A stretch of 64,000 bases of DNA from Takakia lepidozioides (taxonomy: Eukaryota > Plantae > Bryophyta): NCBI GenBank assembly GCA_030704615.1, contig CM060732.1, forward strand, positions 29,388,001 through 29,452,000. The letters run 5' to 3'. Made by a program: the position numbers and the translations under genes. Of the stretch, positions 25,247 to 38,515 are shown piece after piece; positions within the stretch are counted from its first letter, which is position 1; every line of letters starts with the position of its first letter. The notes beneath the pieces are model-generated. The model had not been told where the DNA came from. It saw nothing but the letters and a program-made list of their open reading frames with translations, and did not search any database.

Positions 25247-28200
25247 TGTCGCGCACCTCACTTCGGTAAGCTCCCCGTTAAGTCATAGATGCTAGCTTGA
25301 TGCGCGCGCCTAACTCCCAACCTGGCCGCCGGGCCAACTTAGAGCTTCCTTCACCGGGGCATAACGGTCCCCCTTTGAACTCCCAAAGAACCCTCCACCG
25401 ATTTGGAACCAGCGGGAATTCCCTTTGGTAGTTGGCAGTCCGGAACAGCTCCCCACTCTTTGGTCGCTTTCCGGCTCGCTCGCTTACCCACTAGTTTTTG
25501 GTCACCAACGGGCTTGCACCGTTCTCGGGGTTACTACTCCCTATATATACTTTTGTAGCTGTCCGCGGGGGTTTCACAACCAGCCATGCCATTTTATGGC
25601 GAACCACCACGAAAACCCTCGACTCCCGGTGATGAGTCGCGGTGAGTCTTGGCCCACTCACCACGGCCCCTATGGACCGTGATGAGTCCCAAGACTCCCC
25701 ACGACTCCCACCATGAGGTCTCCGCCCCCATGGTGAGTCCTATGCCACCCCCACTAAGTCCCGCTAAGCTACCGCCACCCCTTGTGGAGCCACCCCCACC
25801 GCAACCCGGTGTGCGGGCTCCACCTAGTGAGCGCCTCCGCCTCCTTGAGTGCCTTGGGCACTCAAGGGTGCTTCAGCCCCCCATACCTATCGCTGCCGCT
25901 GCCCCCACCACAGGGGCAGCCCCTCATGTGTCCCGACCCCCTGCCCTCAAAGCAAAGGGGCCGCGACACACACCCCTACCAACAGGGAGTCGATGTCCTC
26001 ATCGACTTGTCCATTTTGTAGAAACGAACATCCAAGTTGTGGCGTCCCACATCAAGGAGTTTGTTTCTGTACCATGGCGTCCCATGGCAAAGAACCAAAC
26101 CCCACACTTGACTCTACTCTCCACTAGCTAGTTCGGCCGCTTCCTCCAAGTCCCGGCCTGGGGTGGAGCCTCTCAAGCTCCTCCCAGTGCACTCTTCTTG
26201 GCCTTCTTCAAGGTCAAGGAACGATTCTCCCCGAGGATCGAATCGCCTTACTGCAACAACATTGCTTGCGATCGCTCCTGATGCCGCTTTTGGCATCACT
26301 TTGCGCAAGGGTTCACCTCGAACCCCCTTTGACTAGGAAGATAACCTTGAACCAACCGTGCGCCCCAATCACTACAATTGGGTCCGTCTTGGAATGCTGG
26401 CCTGAGGTTCGGGAACACGTCGAAGCCGCACTACGACTTCGTCCCGAGGCTACACGATTATAGTACGTGAACGGAAGCACATAGCTTCCGCGTTAGCCCG
26501 CACTACAAGGCAACCACCTCGGTAGCGCAGTTATAGTACGTGCACGCGCCAGGTGCGCACTAGCACGTGAACTCCCAAAGAAGGCGCATGTTTCCTTGCC
26601 CCTTGGATGGGAGTCACCCGATTTCGGCACTGCGCAAACACACGATTAACCCAATTTACCTCTCCCACTTTTGTAAGCTAGCATGCATTCTACACACTAG
26701 CCAACCACACCATGCATCACCATTCCAAACAAAATAGGACACACAACATTTGGAACCCATTTCCTTTATAACAATTTTTTGTACAATACAAGTTTTTGCA
26801 ATCGGATTCCTGAGCTAGCTAAGCCGGGCTAAGCATGCATTTCCTCCCCCACGCTCCAAGGTTGATGTCCCCATCAACGCTTCTTCCGCTTTTGAGGTCG
26901 CCCTTCGAAAACTGCAACCGCCTCGGATGTGTTTCCCATTTCTGAGGCACGCACCCAAGATGCCTCCACATGATGATAGCCCTTCCATTTGACGAGATAC
27001 TCCGTTTCTCGGTTCTTGAGCCTCCTCGACTTAAGTACTGCCTCCACCTCGTACTCAGGTTCATTTTCATGATCCAACAGCACAGGTGGCGGACGCAACA
27101 CTTGATGCCGATTCGGACGCGCTTCATCTTTGAAGTAAGGCTTCAAAAGGGAAACGTGGAATACTGGATGCACCTTGCTGTTTGCCGGCAGCTCCAATTC
27201 ATACACGTCCTCATTCATAACCTTCCGGATGCGAAAGGGTCCTGCATACGGAGGTACGAATTTTGGACTCACTTCCGGAGGTAGTCGGAAATTCTTGATG
27301 TTCAACCAGACCTCCGTGCCTGCCTCAAATTTCACTTCCCTCCGCTTCCGATTCGCCTGCCTTTCATACCGTTTCCTCACTTTGGCAATGTTGTACTTTA
27401 CGAGCTTCAACAAACGCTCGCGTTCTTCCAGTACCGCCGCTACTGCCGGTTCCTCAACGTCCTGGGCGGCCCAACTTGTCGGCACCAGAGGTGCTTTTCC
27501 ATAGACCAATACGAAAGGGGAAACTCCCGTTGCGGAGTGTTCTGTGTTATTATAACAGAACTCTACCGCGTCTAAGTATTCCACCCAGTCTGATTGGTCT
27601 GCCGACACGTAATTCCGCAAGATCTGCTTCACTACGGAATTCACTCTTCCCGTTTGGCCGTCGGTCGTAGGTCGGAAGGCGGTGCTCATCTTCAGCCTCG
27701 TCCCCATCTTCTTCCAAAGTGTCCTCCAAAATTTACTCGTAAACTTTGGATCGCGGTCCGAGACAATATCCTTCGGGACTCCATGATGTTTTAAGACGGG
27801 GGCGAAGTAAAGTCGCCCTGTCTCTTGCGCCGTTGCCGTCTCCTTGGTGGGGATGAAATGGCCCATTTTACTGAACCTATCCACCACCACCATGATTGCA
27901 TCGAATCCTTTTGACAGCGGCATAGCAGTCATGAAATCCATCGAGACGCTTTCCCAAGTCCCCTCTGGAATCGGCAAGGGTTGTAACAGCCCCGCTTGCT
28001 TTTTGTACTCGCTCCGGTTTTGTTGGCATGTGGTGCATGTCTTGACATACTCCTCTGCCTCCTCCCTCAGTTTGGGCCAGAAATACTCTTTCTTCAAGAG
28101 TGCCGCAGTGCGCTTGGCTCCGCTGTGGCCCGCAAGCGGGCTATCATGGCATTCTCTCAAGAGACTATCTCTGATCCCTCCCTTCGGTACGTAGAGACGC

Positions 28201-31200
28201 TTTTGCTTATACCGGAGCAGTCCATTTTGCAAGTGGAATTGCGATTTAACCCCCCTCCTCAAGTCCTGCATCACGGACTTCGTCAGCTCATCCTTCTGGC
28301 AAGCCTTCCGGATCTTCCTTTGGAGCGCCGTCTCGCCCCTGTACACCAACCAGAACTGCTGCTTTCTACTTAAAGCATCGGCCACCACATTGTCACGTCC
28401 CGGTTTGTACTGGATATCCACGTCAAACACCGCCAAAGTATCTTGTCACCTAAGTTGTTTTGGGGACAACTTGGGCTGTGTGGCAAAATACTTCACCGTA
28501 ACATTGTCCGTGAACACCTTCACTGGGTTGGAACCAACATAGTGGCGCCAAAGCTCAAGACAGTGCACCACCACCTTCATCTCTTTCTCGTGCGTCGGCC
28601 ACCGTCGCTCCACTTTGTTCCGTTTCTTACTTTCGTAAGCCACTGGACGTCCATCTTGCATCAGTACACCCCCAATCGCAAAGTCCGACGCATCTGTATG
28701 AATCTTGAACGGCCGATCAAACTCCGGAATTTTCAAGACTGGAGCTTCCGCCATCCGCTGCTTCAATTCAGCAAAAGCTTGGCCACACAAGGTGTTCCAT
28801 ACCCAGGCTTTGGATTTACACAGAAGGTCTGACAACGGCCCCGCGATCTTGGCAAAATTTCTCACATACTTCCGGTAATAGGAGGCGAGTCCTAGGAAGG
28901 ATCGCACTCCCGGGACCGAAGTCGGAGGCTCCCAGTCCAAGATCGCCCTCACCTTTCTGTCATCCATTTTGATCCCATCCTGTGTAATCACATGCCCCAG
29001 GAACTCCACTTTTGTGACCCCGAATTTGCACTTTGAAGCTTTGGCATACAGCTTCCCTTCCCGCAATTTCTGGAACACCCTTTTGTGGTGCTCCAGGTGC
29101 TCCTCCTTTGTTTTCGAATACACCAAGATGTCGTCGATGTACACGATCACAAAGTCATCCAACCATTCCTGGAAAAAGGCTGTTCATCAGCGTGCTAAAG
29201 GTCGCGGGTGCATTGGTGAGCCCAAAAGGCATCACCAAGAATTCATATGAACCATACTTTGTCCTGCACGCGGTCTTCTCCTCATCTCCTTCCGCCACTC
29301 GAATTTGATGATAGCCGGAGTGCAGATGGATCCGGCTGAAATACTTCGCTCCTACCAACCGATCAAAAAGGTCGTCGATCCTTGGCAAAGGATACCGGTT
29401 TTTGATAGTCACCTTGTTCAAAGCCTTGTAATCGACACACATCCGTAGCGTCCCATCCTTCTTGTCTGCGAATAGCACCGGGGCTCCGTAAGGTGACTTA
29501 CTCGGCCGGATGTACCCCTTTGACATTAGATCTTTGAGTTGAGTCTTCAGCTCGACCAACTCTCTGTGGCTCAACCGGTAGGGCGCCTTGGCAGGCGGTT
29601 TCGATCCCGGTATCACCTCAATCTTGTGGTCAACTCCTCTTCGCGGTGGCAAGCCCCTTGGTAAATCCTCCGGCATCACATCTTGGTATCTCTCCAAAGT
29701 CCCCTTGATCCAATCTGGGCTCGGCTCCCCATCGCCTTCTCCCTTCATTTCTCTAATGTAAAGCAAAAACAGGGGCTCATGTGCCTCCTCCACAGCCCAC
29801 TCCCTTGCTGACAGAAGGTTTATTCGCCCTCCCACGGGTTTGGGCATTTCAAATACTCGTAAGACTTCGCCACCATCCCCACATGGTAGCGTGACTACTC
29901 TTTTGCGGCCATCTATGACCGCTCCGGATTTGCTCAAAAAGGTCATCCCCAAAATGAGATCCACTCCATCGATCTCGCAAATGGTGAAGTTCTCACGTCC
30001 TTCCCATTTCCCCAGTTGAAGAGGGACATCGAACGCCAACCTCGTCGCCAATTGCGGTTCTCATTTGGCAGAACGCACCTCAATAGAGGCCCCCATGTCA
30101 CTTGTCGGGAGTCCCAGCTTTTGTGTCGTTGCCGGTGTCATGAAGGAGTGCGACGCTCCTGTGTCCACCAACAATGACACGTTAGTTCCGGATATTATCC
30201 CATCCACGAACAATAACTGACTCCCTTTACGTAAGGCACCAGTTTCCTGCTACAATTCACAGGAAAATTTGCCTACCTTGCAAGTCCTGGCGACCACCGC
30301 TTCCACCAAGCGACTGATGGTATCTTCCCACAGCTCTGTGGTCGCCCGAGTCATGTTCAATTGTCGGGGCTTCGTGCACTTCTTGGCCATGTGCCCGGGC
30401 TCCCCGCAATTGAAACACACTCCATCAAAGGTCGCCTTCTGTCCGCCATAGGCCGCTCCACCCGCTTTTCCTTTTGAAGCACCGGGTGTCGCCTTGACTT
30501 GTGAAGGCCCTCCCTTCGATTTCCACGTGCCATTGTCGCCGCGTGGCCTATCCCACTTCTTTTCTGGTCGGAAGGCGTCACCTTCCCGCCGGGTCTTCTT
30601 GTGGTTCAGCTCCGTACGGCCTTGTCTTTCACCCCTAGGGACATCCGAGAAACATTCAGCCCTCTCAATTGCCTCGTTCAAAGTCTTAGGTGGCTTCTCC
30701 TCCAACTTCCACCTAGCCCATGGGGCCAGTTGAAGACCATTTCTGGTTCTGCCATGTCCGCGACTTCAAGCAACAGCACATTGAAAGCCTGGACATATCC
30801 CCGAATGTCATCTGTTTGCTTCAAATTCCTCATCTTGTCCCGGGCAAGCCAGGACGCGTTGAGGGGCACAAACTGCATTTTCATCAATTCCTTGAACCCA
30901 CTCCAATTCAAGGTTTCCGGGCTTGGACCTCAGTTGTGAAGGCGTTTCTGCCACCATTGTTGAGCATAGCCCCTCAAATAGGTGGGAGCCACTTCCACCC
31001 GGTCCTCGTCACTCAACTTGGCCGCCCGGAAGTACTGCTCTAGCTCCAGGAGCCAGGTGTTGAGTGCCTTCCGATTTCAGACGCCCTCGAAGGTGTCGGG
31101 TTCCTTAGGCTTCACCTTAAATTTTGCCTTAGTGGAAGTGGCATTAGCTGCCTTCAACACGTCTTTCAACGTCCCGCCAAATTGCGCCAACAACCCTTCC

Positions 31201-32205
31201 CAAAAGGCTGCCGGCACGGGAGGCATCTGTTGGTCGGTCGGAGCTCTCAGGGATTCCTCGGGCTCCGACTCCTCAGATTTCTCCCGCTCTTGAGCGGCCT
31301 CGTTTTCGGAGACATGCATCGCTTCCTCAAACAGCCGCCTCGGTGACACGTCGCCCCCATCGGGCTCACCAGGATCATCATCTTTTGGGCCGTTCCGCTT
31401 TCGCTTTGGCTTGCCCGACCCCATGATGAGGCCAATCCCAAGGACGATCACGTACTGAACTCTAAGCTCTGATACCAAGTGTCGCGCACCTCACTTCGGT
31501 AAGCTCCCCATTAAGTCATACATGCTAGCTTGATGCGCGCGCCTAACTCCCAACCTGGCCGCCGGGCCAACTTGGAGGTTCGGCTGCTCACCGGGGCATA
31601 ACGGTCCCCCTTTGAACTCCCAAAGAACCCTCCACCGATTTGGAACCAGCGGGAATTCTCTTTGGTAGTTGGCAGTCCGGAACAGCTCCCCACTCTTTGG
31701 TCGCTTTCCGGCTCGCTCGCTTACTCACTAGTTTTCGGTCACCAACGGGCTTGCACCGTTCTTGGGGTTACTACTCCCTATATATACTTTTGTAGCTGTC
31801 CGCGGGGGTTTCACAACCAGCCATGCCATTTTATGGCGAACCACCACGAAAACCCTCGACTCCCGGTGATGAGTCGCGGTGAGTCTTGGCCCACTCACCA
31901 CGGCCCCTATGGATCGTGATGAGTCCCAAGACTCCCCACGACTCCCACCACGAGGTCTCCGCCCCCATGGTGAGTCCTATGCCACCCCCACTAAGTCCCG
32001 CTAAGCTACCACCACCCCTTGTGGAGCCACCCCCACCGCAACCCGGTGTGCGGGCTCCACCTAGTGAGCACCTCCGCCTCCTTGAGTGCCTTGGGCACTC
32101 AAGGGTGCTTCAGCCCCCCATACCTATCGCTGCCGCTGCCCCCACCACAGGGGCATCCCCTCATGTGTCCCGACCCCCTGCCCTCAAGGCAAAGCGGCCG
32201 CGACA
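25247..32205 (-). mobile_element. Full-length Ty3/Gypsy chromovirus LTR retrotransposon with degenerate gag-pol
   Basis: LTRs 25247-25968 and 31480-32205 (TGTCGCG...CGCGACA); 5-bp TSD CACAT (25242-25246, 32206-32210); PBS TGGTATCAGAGC (initiator Met tRNA) at 31466-31477; purine tract next to the 3' LTR. Confidence 0.97.
26874..31425 (-). pseudogene. gag-pol: Gag, CCHC knuckle, protease, RT, RNase H, integrase, chromodomain
   Basis: CFNCGEPGHMAKKC; LLVDTGASHSF; RT YIDDIL; RNase H HTDASD; integrase H-H-CxxC and SDRD; chromodomain YEVEAVL..EYLVKWKGY. Frameshifts near 31077, 30710, 29160 and 28440. Confidence 0.93.
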
Positions 32206-33096
32206 CACATGCAATCATATTCATCACCCGCAATCACACCGCACACTCCCTGTTAACATACATTACTGATCTAATCTAATCTGCCCAGCATTGCACAGGA
32301 GTTACGACTGGGTGGCTACTTAGAAAAGGAGAAGGGGATGGAGGTCGTGAAGTCACAAAGCAGCTTAATCGAGGAGAGAAGAAGCGAGAGAAGAAGGATG
32401 TATATAGGTTTGGAAAGCGAAAGAGGGCTGGCAGATTGGTTGACTGAATGTTGAGGAAGGCAACACATAATCTGCATTCAAACTCTAGGCTAACTCCTAG
32501 AAGACCTAGTAATGATCTAGAACGCTATTTTGGAGTGGGTTGGGCTGCAAAATGGTCAATCTTAAATTGCCTTAGAAAATCAAAAGAGGAGGCAATGAAA
32601 TTGATTCGAAGACTGCAAGAGGATGAGACGCAGGAAGACTTGGCTTGGACATTCTCAAATTTTAATTTGACAGAAGAGAATTGGGAATCTGAAGTGGAGC
32701 AAAAGATTGGAGCCATTAGAGTTATCCGTAAAGTGAGCGTGAGTTTGGTACCCTGTTTGGACCCGAGTTACGGGTTTCATCCTGAGTTTGAGTTAATCCG
32801 TAAAGTGCAGAAAACTAAGCACGAAGTCAGAAAAGAGGGCACCAAATCATAAACTGGGGATGAGGGCAACCGCTGCTATGGCGCGAGCTCGTGAGCTCTG
32901 ACCGCCTCCGCCTCGATGACTAACAAAACTTGGCACCAAACTCCTGCCACCCCCATTTTCCTAGTCATGGCAGTTTGGTCCCGTGTTTTTTTCTAGTCGT
33001 ACCGCTTGATCCTAAGTTTCAAGTTTCATACCGAGTTTTGGCCAAACTCAAGGTTCTCATGCTGAATTTGGGACCCTTTACGGATAACTCTAATGT

Positions 33097-33579
33097 TTGG
33101 AGTCATATTTTCAAAGGACGCAATTTGATGTGAAGGCAATGCAAGAGGGGTTTTTTATGGCTGTGGAACAAGCACCATGTGGACAGACCATGAAGGATAG
33201 AATGAAAGACAATTTGAAATGCATATCTCCTGATACAATGCGTGTTGTATTCAACGTTTCTGGGGCAATTGAAGCAAGTGATTTCTTGAGGAAGTGCATA
33301 TTTGATGTATCTATATTGCCCCTCCAACAGAAATGGTTTCGAGATTGTGTGGAGCAAATGACCTATGCTGAGAGGTTTCAATTGGCTATTTTCATCACTG
33401 GATTGGAGTACTTTGGCGGCAAAGACATCAACATATGGCTTCTCAATCGACACGACTATCCATGCATTCAAGCAAGCACTTGCTTTCAAGTTCTATATCT
33501 TCCCCCATACAAAGATGCCTCAATGATGATGACCAAGATTAACTATTCTACCATGGATAGTAGCTATGGCCGTGCATGA
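33097..33579 (+). CDS. Truncated HECT-type E3 ubiquitin ligase domain (C-lobe)
   Basis: WF..V..MT..ER.QL..FITG and catalytic ASTCF..L.LPPY are hallmark HECT C-lobe motifs. Intronless; no N-lobe visible upstream. Confidence 0.75.
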   Translation: MESYFQRTQFDVKAMQEGFFMAVEQAPCGQTMKDRMKDNLKCISPDTMRVVFNVSGAIEASDFLRKCIFDVSILPLQQKWFRDCVEQMTYAERFQLAIFITGLEYFGGKDINIWLLNRHDYPCIQASTCFQVLYLPPYKDASMMMTKINYSTMDSSYGRA

Positions 33580-36329
33580 CATGTGGACGTTGTTGGGTTG
33601 TTTGGGTGTGAGTCACAGCTCAAACAAAGAGTTTGATTTTGTGGTATCATAGGTACTTGAAGCATTTCTGGGAGTGGTAGTGTGAATCTGCAAAGTGGTG
33701 GAATGTTAAGTATTTCAAGGTTAAGCTTGAGTGCGAGTGGAAGTCCAAGTGTGATATTGATTGCCAGTTTAAGTGCGAGTGCGAGTTTGAGTGCGAGTAC
33801 GAGTACGAGTCTAAGTTTGGGTGCAAGTTTGACTGTGTAAGTTGGGGCAGATGTGGAGTGTTACAGAAAATTCTTTCTAGTTATGTGGGAGTGTGAGTCC
33901 AAGTTTTGGTAAATTATAGAGGGGTTGAATCTCAAGTGACATACAATGTCCCAAATGTCATTGGTTTGTTGGAGGGTGAGGGTGAGGGTGAGGGTGAGTT
34001 CCATACAAGAGGAAAGAGATAGAGGGAATTTTCCTTTCTTTTGAATTTGTTTGTTTATGTCTGATGAGAAGGATTGAAATAGAGAGAGACATAATAGTCT
34101 AAAAAAAAAAAAGGGAGTATGACTGAAAAGAAGGCTGAGCAAGGAAGGAAAAGAGATGGGGGCAACGTTGGGGCAAATGTTGTTTGCCCCCTTTTGTTTG
34201 TGTTGGTATTCACAAGAATGGGATGCAGCTCTAGTTGCCCTTGAGGAGGGGGTTCTTGAGGAGTGGGATGTGGTGTTGTCGGTTGTTACGGATCCAGCTT
34301 TTCGTGACTTTGCACAGATGTCATCAATCGATATCTTCCTACTAATGGAATGTTGCTTTACTGCACATGTGCTCTGGTAAGTGGAATACTGTACTACAAA
34401 ATGTTAACCGCCCGGTTTTGGTTTCTCATGCATTTTATGAAGTGCCCTAATCAGTTGTAAGTGTTTCAGTCCTAGGGGAGAGGGTGGGAGGGAGGCCTGA
34501 GGAGTCAGTATGACTTCTATAACTTAGCTTCATGACAATTGTGGATTACAAGCGAGAAGAGGCTATAGTGCAGACACTGAAGGGTGTTGCTTACAATCTG
34601 AATGACTTTGGATTGTCCAAAGACCATTGTCCTACGCTCCTTTGTAAGACAATCTAATTGTCTAAAGTGGAGTCTCAGATGCTATTGTCTTAAGAAACAG
34701 GAGTACACTTTCATACCTCTCATTGGATGTTTTTAAGTCGACGAAAGTAAAGTCATTAACTAAGCTAAGCTTGGGATAAAAATCTCCCAAAAAAGAGAGG
34801 CCAAATTTGAATATAGGCAGGGTTGACACTTTCTTCACCTGCCAGACAGGGGAGCAAAGAATTTGGTTTACATTGTCCCTTGTGCTGTTCAAGTGAAGCT
34901 GAAGCAATGCTGGACACAAAGTAGGAAATAATATGCTTTTCATCTATAGCAATCTTGGTTTTCACATGTACAAGTTTGCTTGCATAGTTGGGTGGAATCA
35001 GGCATACAGAATAATGCTGGAAGGGTGCTACTCAGAGGCATTGGGAAACATGGGGAGGCTAGAGGAACAGAGGGAGCTTGAGGTTGCCCTGTTTGCTGCC
35101 ATGCTCCATGCTCATCAGCACTACCGAGTTGTGGATGGTGATGAGGTCCACAGCCTATGTCAACGGCTTGAGCTTACTTTTGCTGCAACTGGCACCCTGG
35201 GGCATTGACAATTTGTAGAGGGCTGCAGAGGTTATTGCCCTGTAGCTTTGTTGCTCCATAGGTAGGGTTCTTTGTATTGAGAGGATAAACTTCCACTATG
35301 GCGAGAGAGAAAAGGCGGCTAAGTGAGCTTTGTGCTATGCACTTCCCAATCAGCAACTTCACAACCGTGTAGGTATCTTACAAGCTTGCAACCCAGCCCT
35401 GTCCCCAAGTAGTCAGGTTGGGAGGTGATAATGGTTAGGGTGTATGATTCAGGCTGGACAAGGGATTTGCTAAAGGGAAAAAAGTGGCTTTTATGCTAAC
35501 TTGGAAAAGAGATTAGAACATTGCTTGCATCAATGTAGAATCATCGTCAACTGAATCTAGTTGGAGTTCTAGTGTCCATTCGTCCTGTAGTTTTTAACTT
35601 TTGGAGCAACTACATTTTAGCTTTTGGGAGTCTACGAAACATATGGATCATTGGAATATTGAGGTTGATGGAGCCGTTGGTGCGGTGGTCATGATAGTAA
35701 TTTGAGACAATGGCATGGAATTCATTGCTTCCTTCGCCCAACTTTTCATGTACATATCATTTTCTTTTGAATGGTTGGGGCCCATTGAGGCCGGTTTCTC
35801 CAATGGCGCCTTGTCATTTGTGCATTTGATTATACTGCTTTTGAATGTCAACGCAACTTGCTAACAAATAGACAAATTGGAGTTATCATTCTCATTGAGG
35901 TAGTCCCACTCCTCATCTGACGTGGAATATATATGATGTTCTTAGGAGTATTGAGGCTCTTCGTCGAGGGCAACAAAGCCGTGAGCATAACCTGTGAGTA
36001 GATTCCTGGATGCGTGAGCAGATTCCCCAAAGCGTGAGCAAATTCAAAGCGTGAGCAGATTTCTGATGCGGACCCCAAAACCGTGGGAACAAGTGGGCCT
36101 ATTGCCGTGGACGCCAACTTCACTACAACGACGCAATCTCCGCTCCATCGGACCGAAGATAGAAAGGACAAAGTGGCACGAATGCACGATGAAACATTCA
36201 CGGATGAATGGATTTGGGATGGACGTAAAAGTATGGATGAACGTTGGATGAAGCACGGATGAAAAGTTGTCCAGATGAGGGGACTATGGACAACTGTATG
36301 AGCATGTCTCGTGAGGGATCAGCAAGCGT

Positions 36330-36513
36330 AGGGACCAGACATTAAGGTATCGTCAACGACATCTTAAATCGCATGCTCAGCATGAGAAATGAACCCATGA
36401 AAATCGTTGCAAGAAAAAAAATCTTGCCTGGAAAAAACCATAGGGGGGAGTTGTAATCCTGCTCAGGGAAGCACGAATTAAGATGTCGTCAACGACATCT
36501 TAATGCCCTGCCC
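36330..36513. repeat. ~185-bp element bounded by two palindromes (ATTAAGATGTCG-TCAA-CGACATCTTAAT)
   Basis: Hairpins at 36341-36368 and 36477-36504, with imperfect inverted outer flanks (AGGG..CATTAAG / CTTAATG..CCCT). Confidence 0.6.
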
Positions 36514-36874
36514 TGTTTGGACATGGGAATTTCACCAAACAGGATAAAACACTATATATATATATATATATATAAGCCCAAAAATGGAGAAAGGTTTGGG
36601 TTTACTTGAACAAAGTGGATCCATGAAGAGTGACTGGTCTCATTTGCAAGAGGGTAGCTACCGTGTGAGCAGTTCACGTGAGCATGCTCACGCTTTAAGT
36701 GGTAAACGTGAGTAGAATCCCTTAAGCGTGAGCAGATTGCAAACGTGAGCAGATTAGTGAATGGGAGCCTACAACCGAGGGAAGAACATTTTCCTTGTCA
36801 ATCGATATAAAAATTATTATTATTAAAAAGGTTGACTCCAAACTACTATCAAATCACTCCAACCCTATATCTTA

Positions 36875-37721
36875 CAGTCTGCCCTGGATAAATATTAACA
36901 GTGGGGAGTAGGAAAAAAATAACATTTAGACAAGGTTAACACATTAACAGTTTATGAGGGGGCTAATTGTAACACATTAATATTTATAGAAGATAACATT
37001 TAATAAATATAAGATTTATGAAATTAACACTTTCATTTTTATTTATTTTTAAATACTAAAAGAAACACTTATGAAACAAAGTGTAATTATATGGAGTCAT
37101 TCAGTTATGAGTAGGAAATATGAATCGATTATGGTCTGATGAGTATCTCCAATATGCATATCATCAAGTTCTTTATCTAGGCGTTCATGGCTAAAATAGT
37201 TTTCATAACGTCATGAGGCCTTTGTTCCAAACATTGAGAAATTGTAGCTAAGGCCATTTTTTGGCATCTTTGAGTGCTATCATCTACTTGCAAAACATCT
37301 AACACAAGTGCAATTACCGTATATGTGGTCTGATCTCTCAAAAACAACCTCTACTGTGTCAAGTGTCAAAATACATACAAACATACACTCGTATCAAGGT
37401 ATTCGCTTCTGATCTCATCACTTTAGTATTACCTCCCACTTACTTTCTAGTCTTCTGATTGGTTATGTTTTAGGATGTAATCTTATCATAATCTAATCTA
37501 ATTTGGAATTTATAATTATGGAGCATATCTCCTATTAGCTAGCTGAAGCCTTTATGGTGCACTTAACATTTATTGAGGGCAAATTAACAAAGAGGGGAGT
37601 AAACATTTGTTAACAAATAACACTTAACATTTGCTAGTGTGCACAAGTAGGGGAGTAAATTTTTCTTAATATTTATGGTAGTTTAATGTTTATAGAGGTA
37701 ACATTTATTCAGGGCAGACTC
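36875..37721 (-). mobile_element. Non-autonomous Tc1/mariner (pogo-like) deletion derivative
   Basis: TIR (C/G)AGTCTGCCCTG(G/A)ATAAAT(A/G)TT at both ends, flanked by TA. The internal minus strand ends in HQTIIDSYF, resembling pogo transposase C-termini. Confidence 0.75.
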
Positions 37722-37741
37722 TATCACATCCCAAATGGCTA

Positions 37742-38515
37742 CTGTCCTTGGACATCCGTTTAGGCATTTTTGCGCCTAATAATAAAATCAATCAATCAAA
37801 AAATTAGGCATATTTTGAAAATAATTTCTCAAACTAGGCATCTTCATGCTATAATATTTTAGAATTAGGCACATAAGAAGAGAAAACAATTATTTTCTTA
37901 AGAATAGAATTACAAAATAGACACCCAATGCCCATGGGCCCTTCCGGGCTCCAGCTACCTTTCATTTCCTTGGAAACCCTAAAAATGCCCCTCTTTGTTG
38001 TACGCGGTGCTCCAAGGCTCAAGCTGGTACAAGCTCTCCCTTTGCTCTCACACTTTAGGTGAGTTCAATATTGATAGTCCACACTAGTGTAGGCACATTG
38101 GTACAGGGCTTTGGTACATTGGTCATTGGGTAGGCACGCTGGTTCAGGGCTTTGATACATTGGTCATTGGGTACACTGGTTTTCATATTGGTATGTTGAT
38201 GCATGGTGAAACCTCTTACATAATGGTACTCTTGGTTATATATATATATATATATATTACTCTTGAGTTGTGGTAGGCTAGTATGCTAGTTATTTCCGCA
38301 CGCATATATTTGTATTGATTTTTGTTCAAAGAAATTTTGATCTTATTACAAACAACATGAGAAGAGGCTTGCAAGTTTTTTTGTGGAATTTTTGGGCATT
38401 AGGTACTTTGTCCCATAATTTCCCAACAATTAGGCCAAAATCTGAAAAATTCACAGAATTGATTAGGCACTTTCATTTTGAATTAATTATCGCCTAAACG
38501 GTTGTCCAAGGACGG
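37742..38515. mobile_element. MITE with 24-bp TIRs and TA TSD (Tc1/mariner-type)
   Basis: Left CTGTCCTTGGACATCCGTTTAGGC; right end reverse-complemented CCGTCCTTGGACAACCGTTTAGGC; TA on both sides. Confidence 0.8.

Noticed and set aside
25425-26131. Pro-rich ORFs duplicated at 31662-32269
   Set aside because: They fall within the two LTRs; no evidence of coding function.
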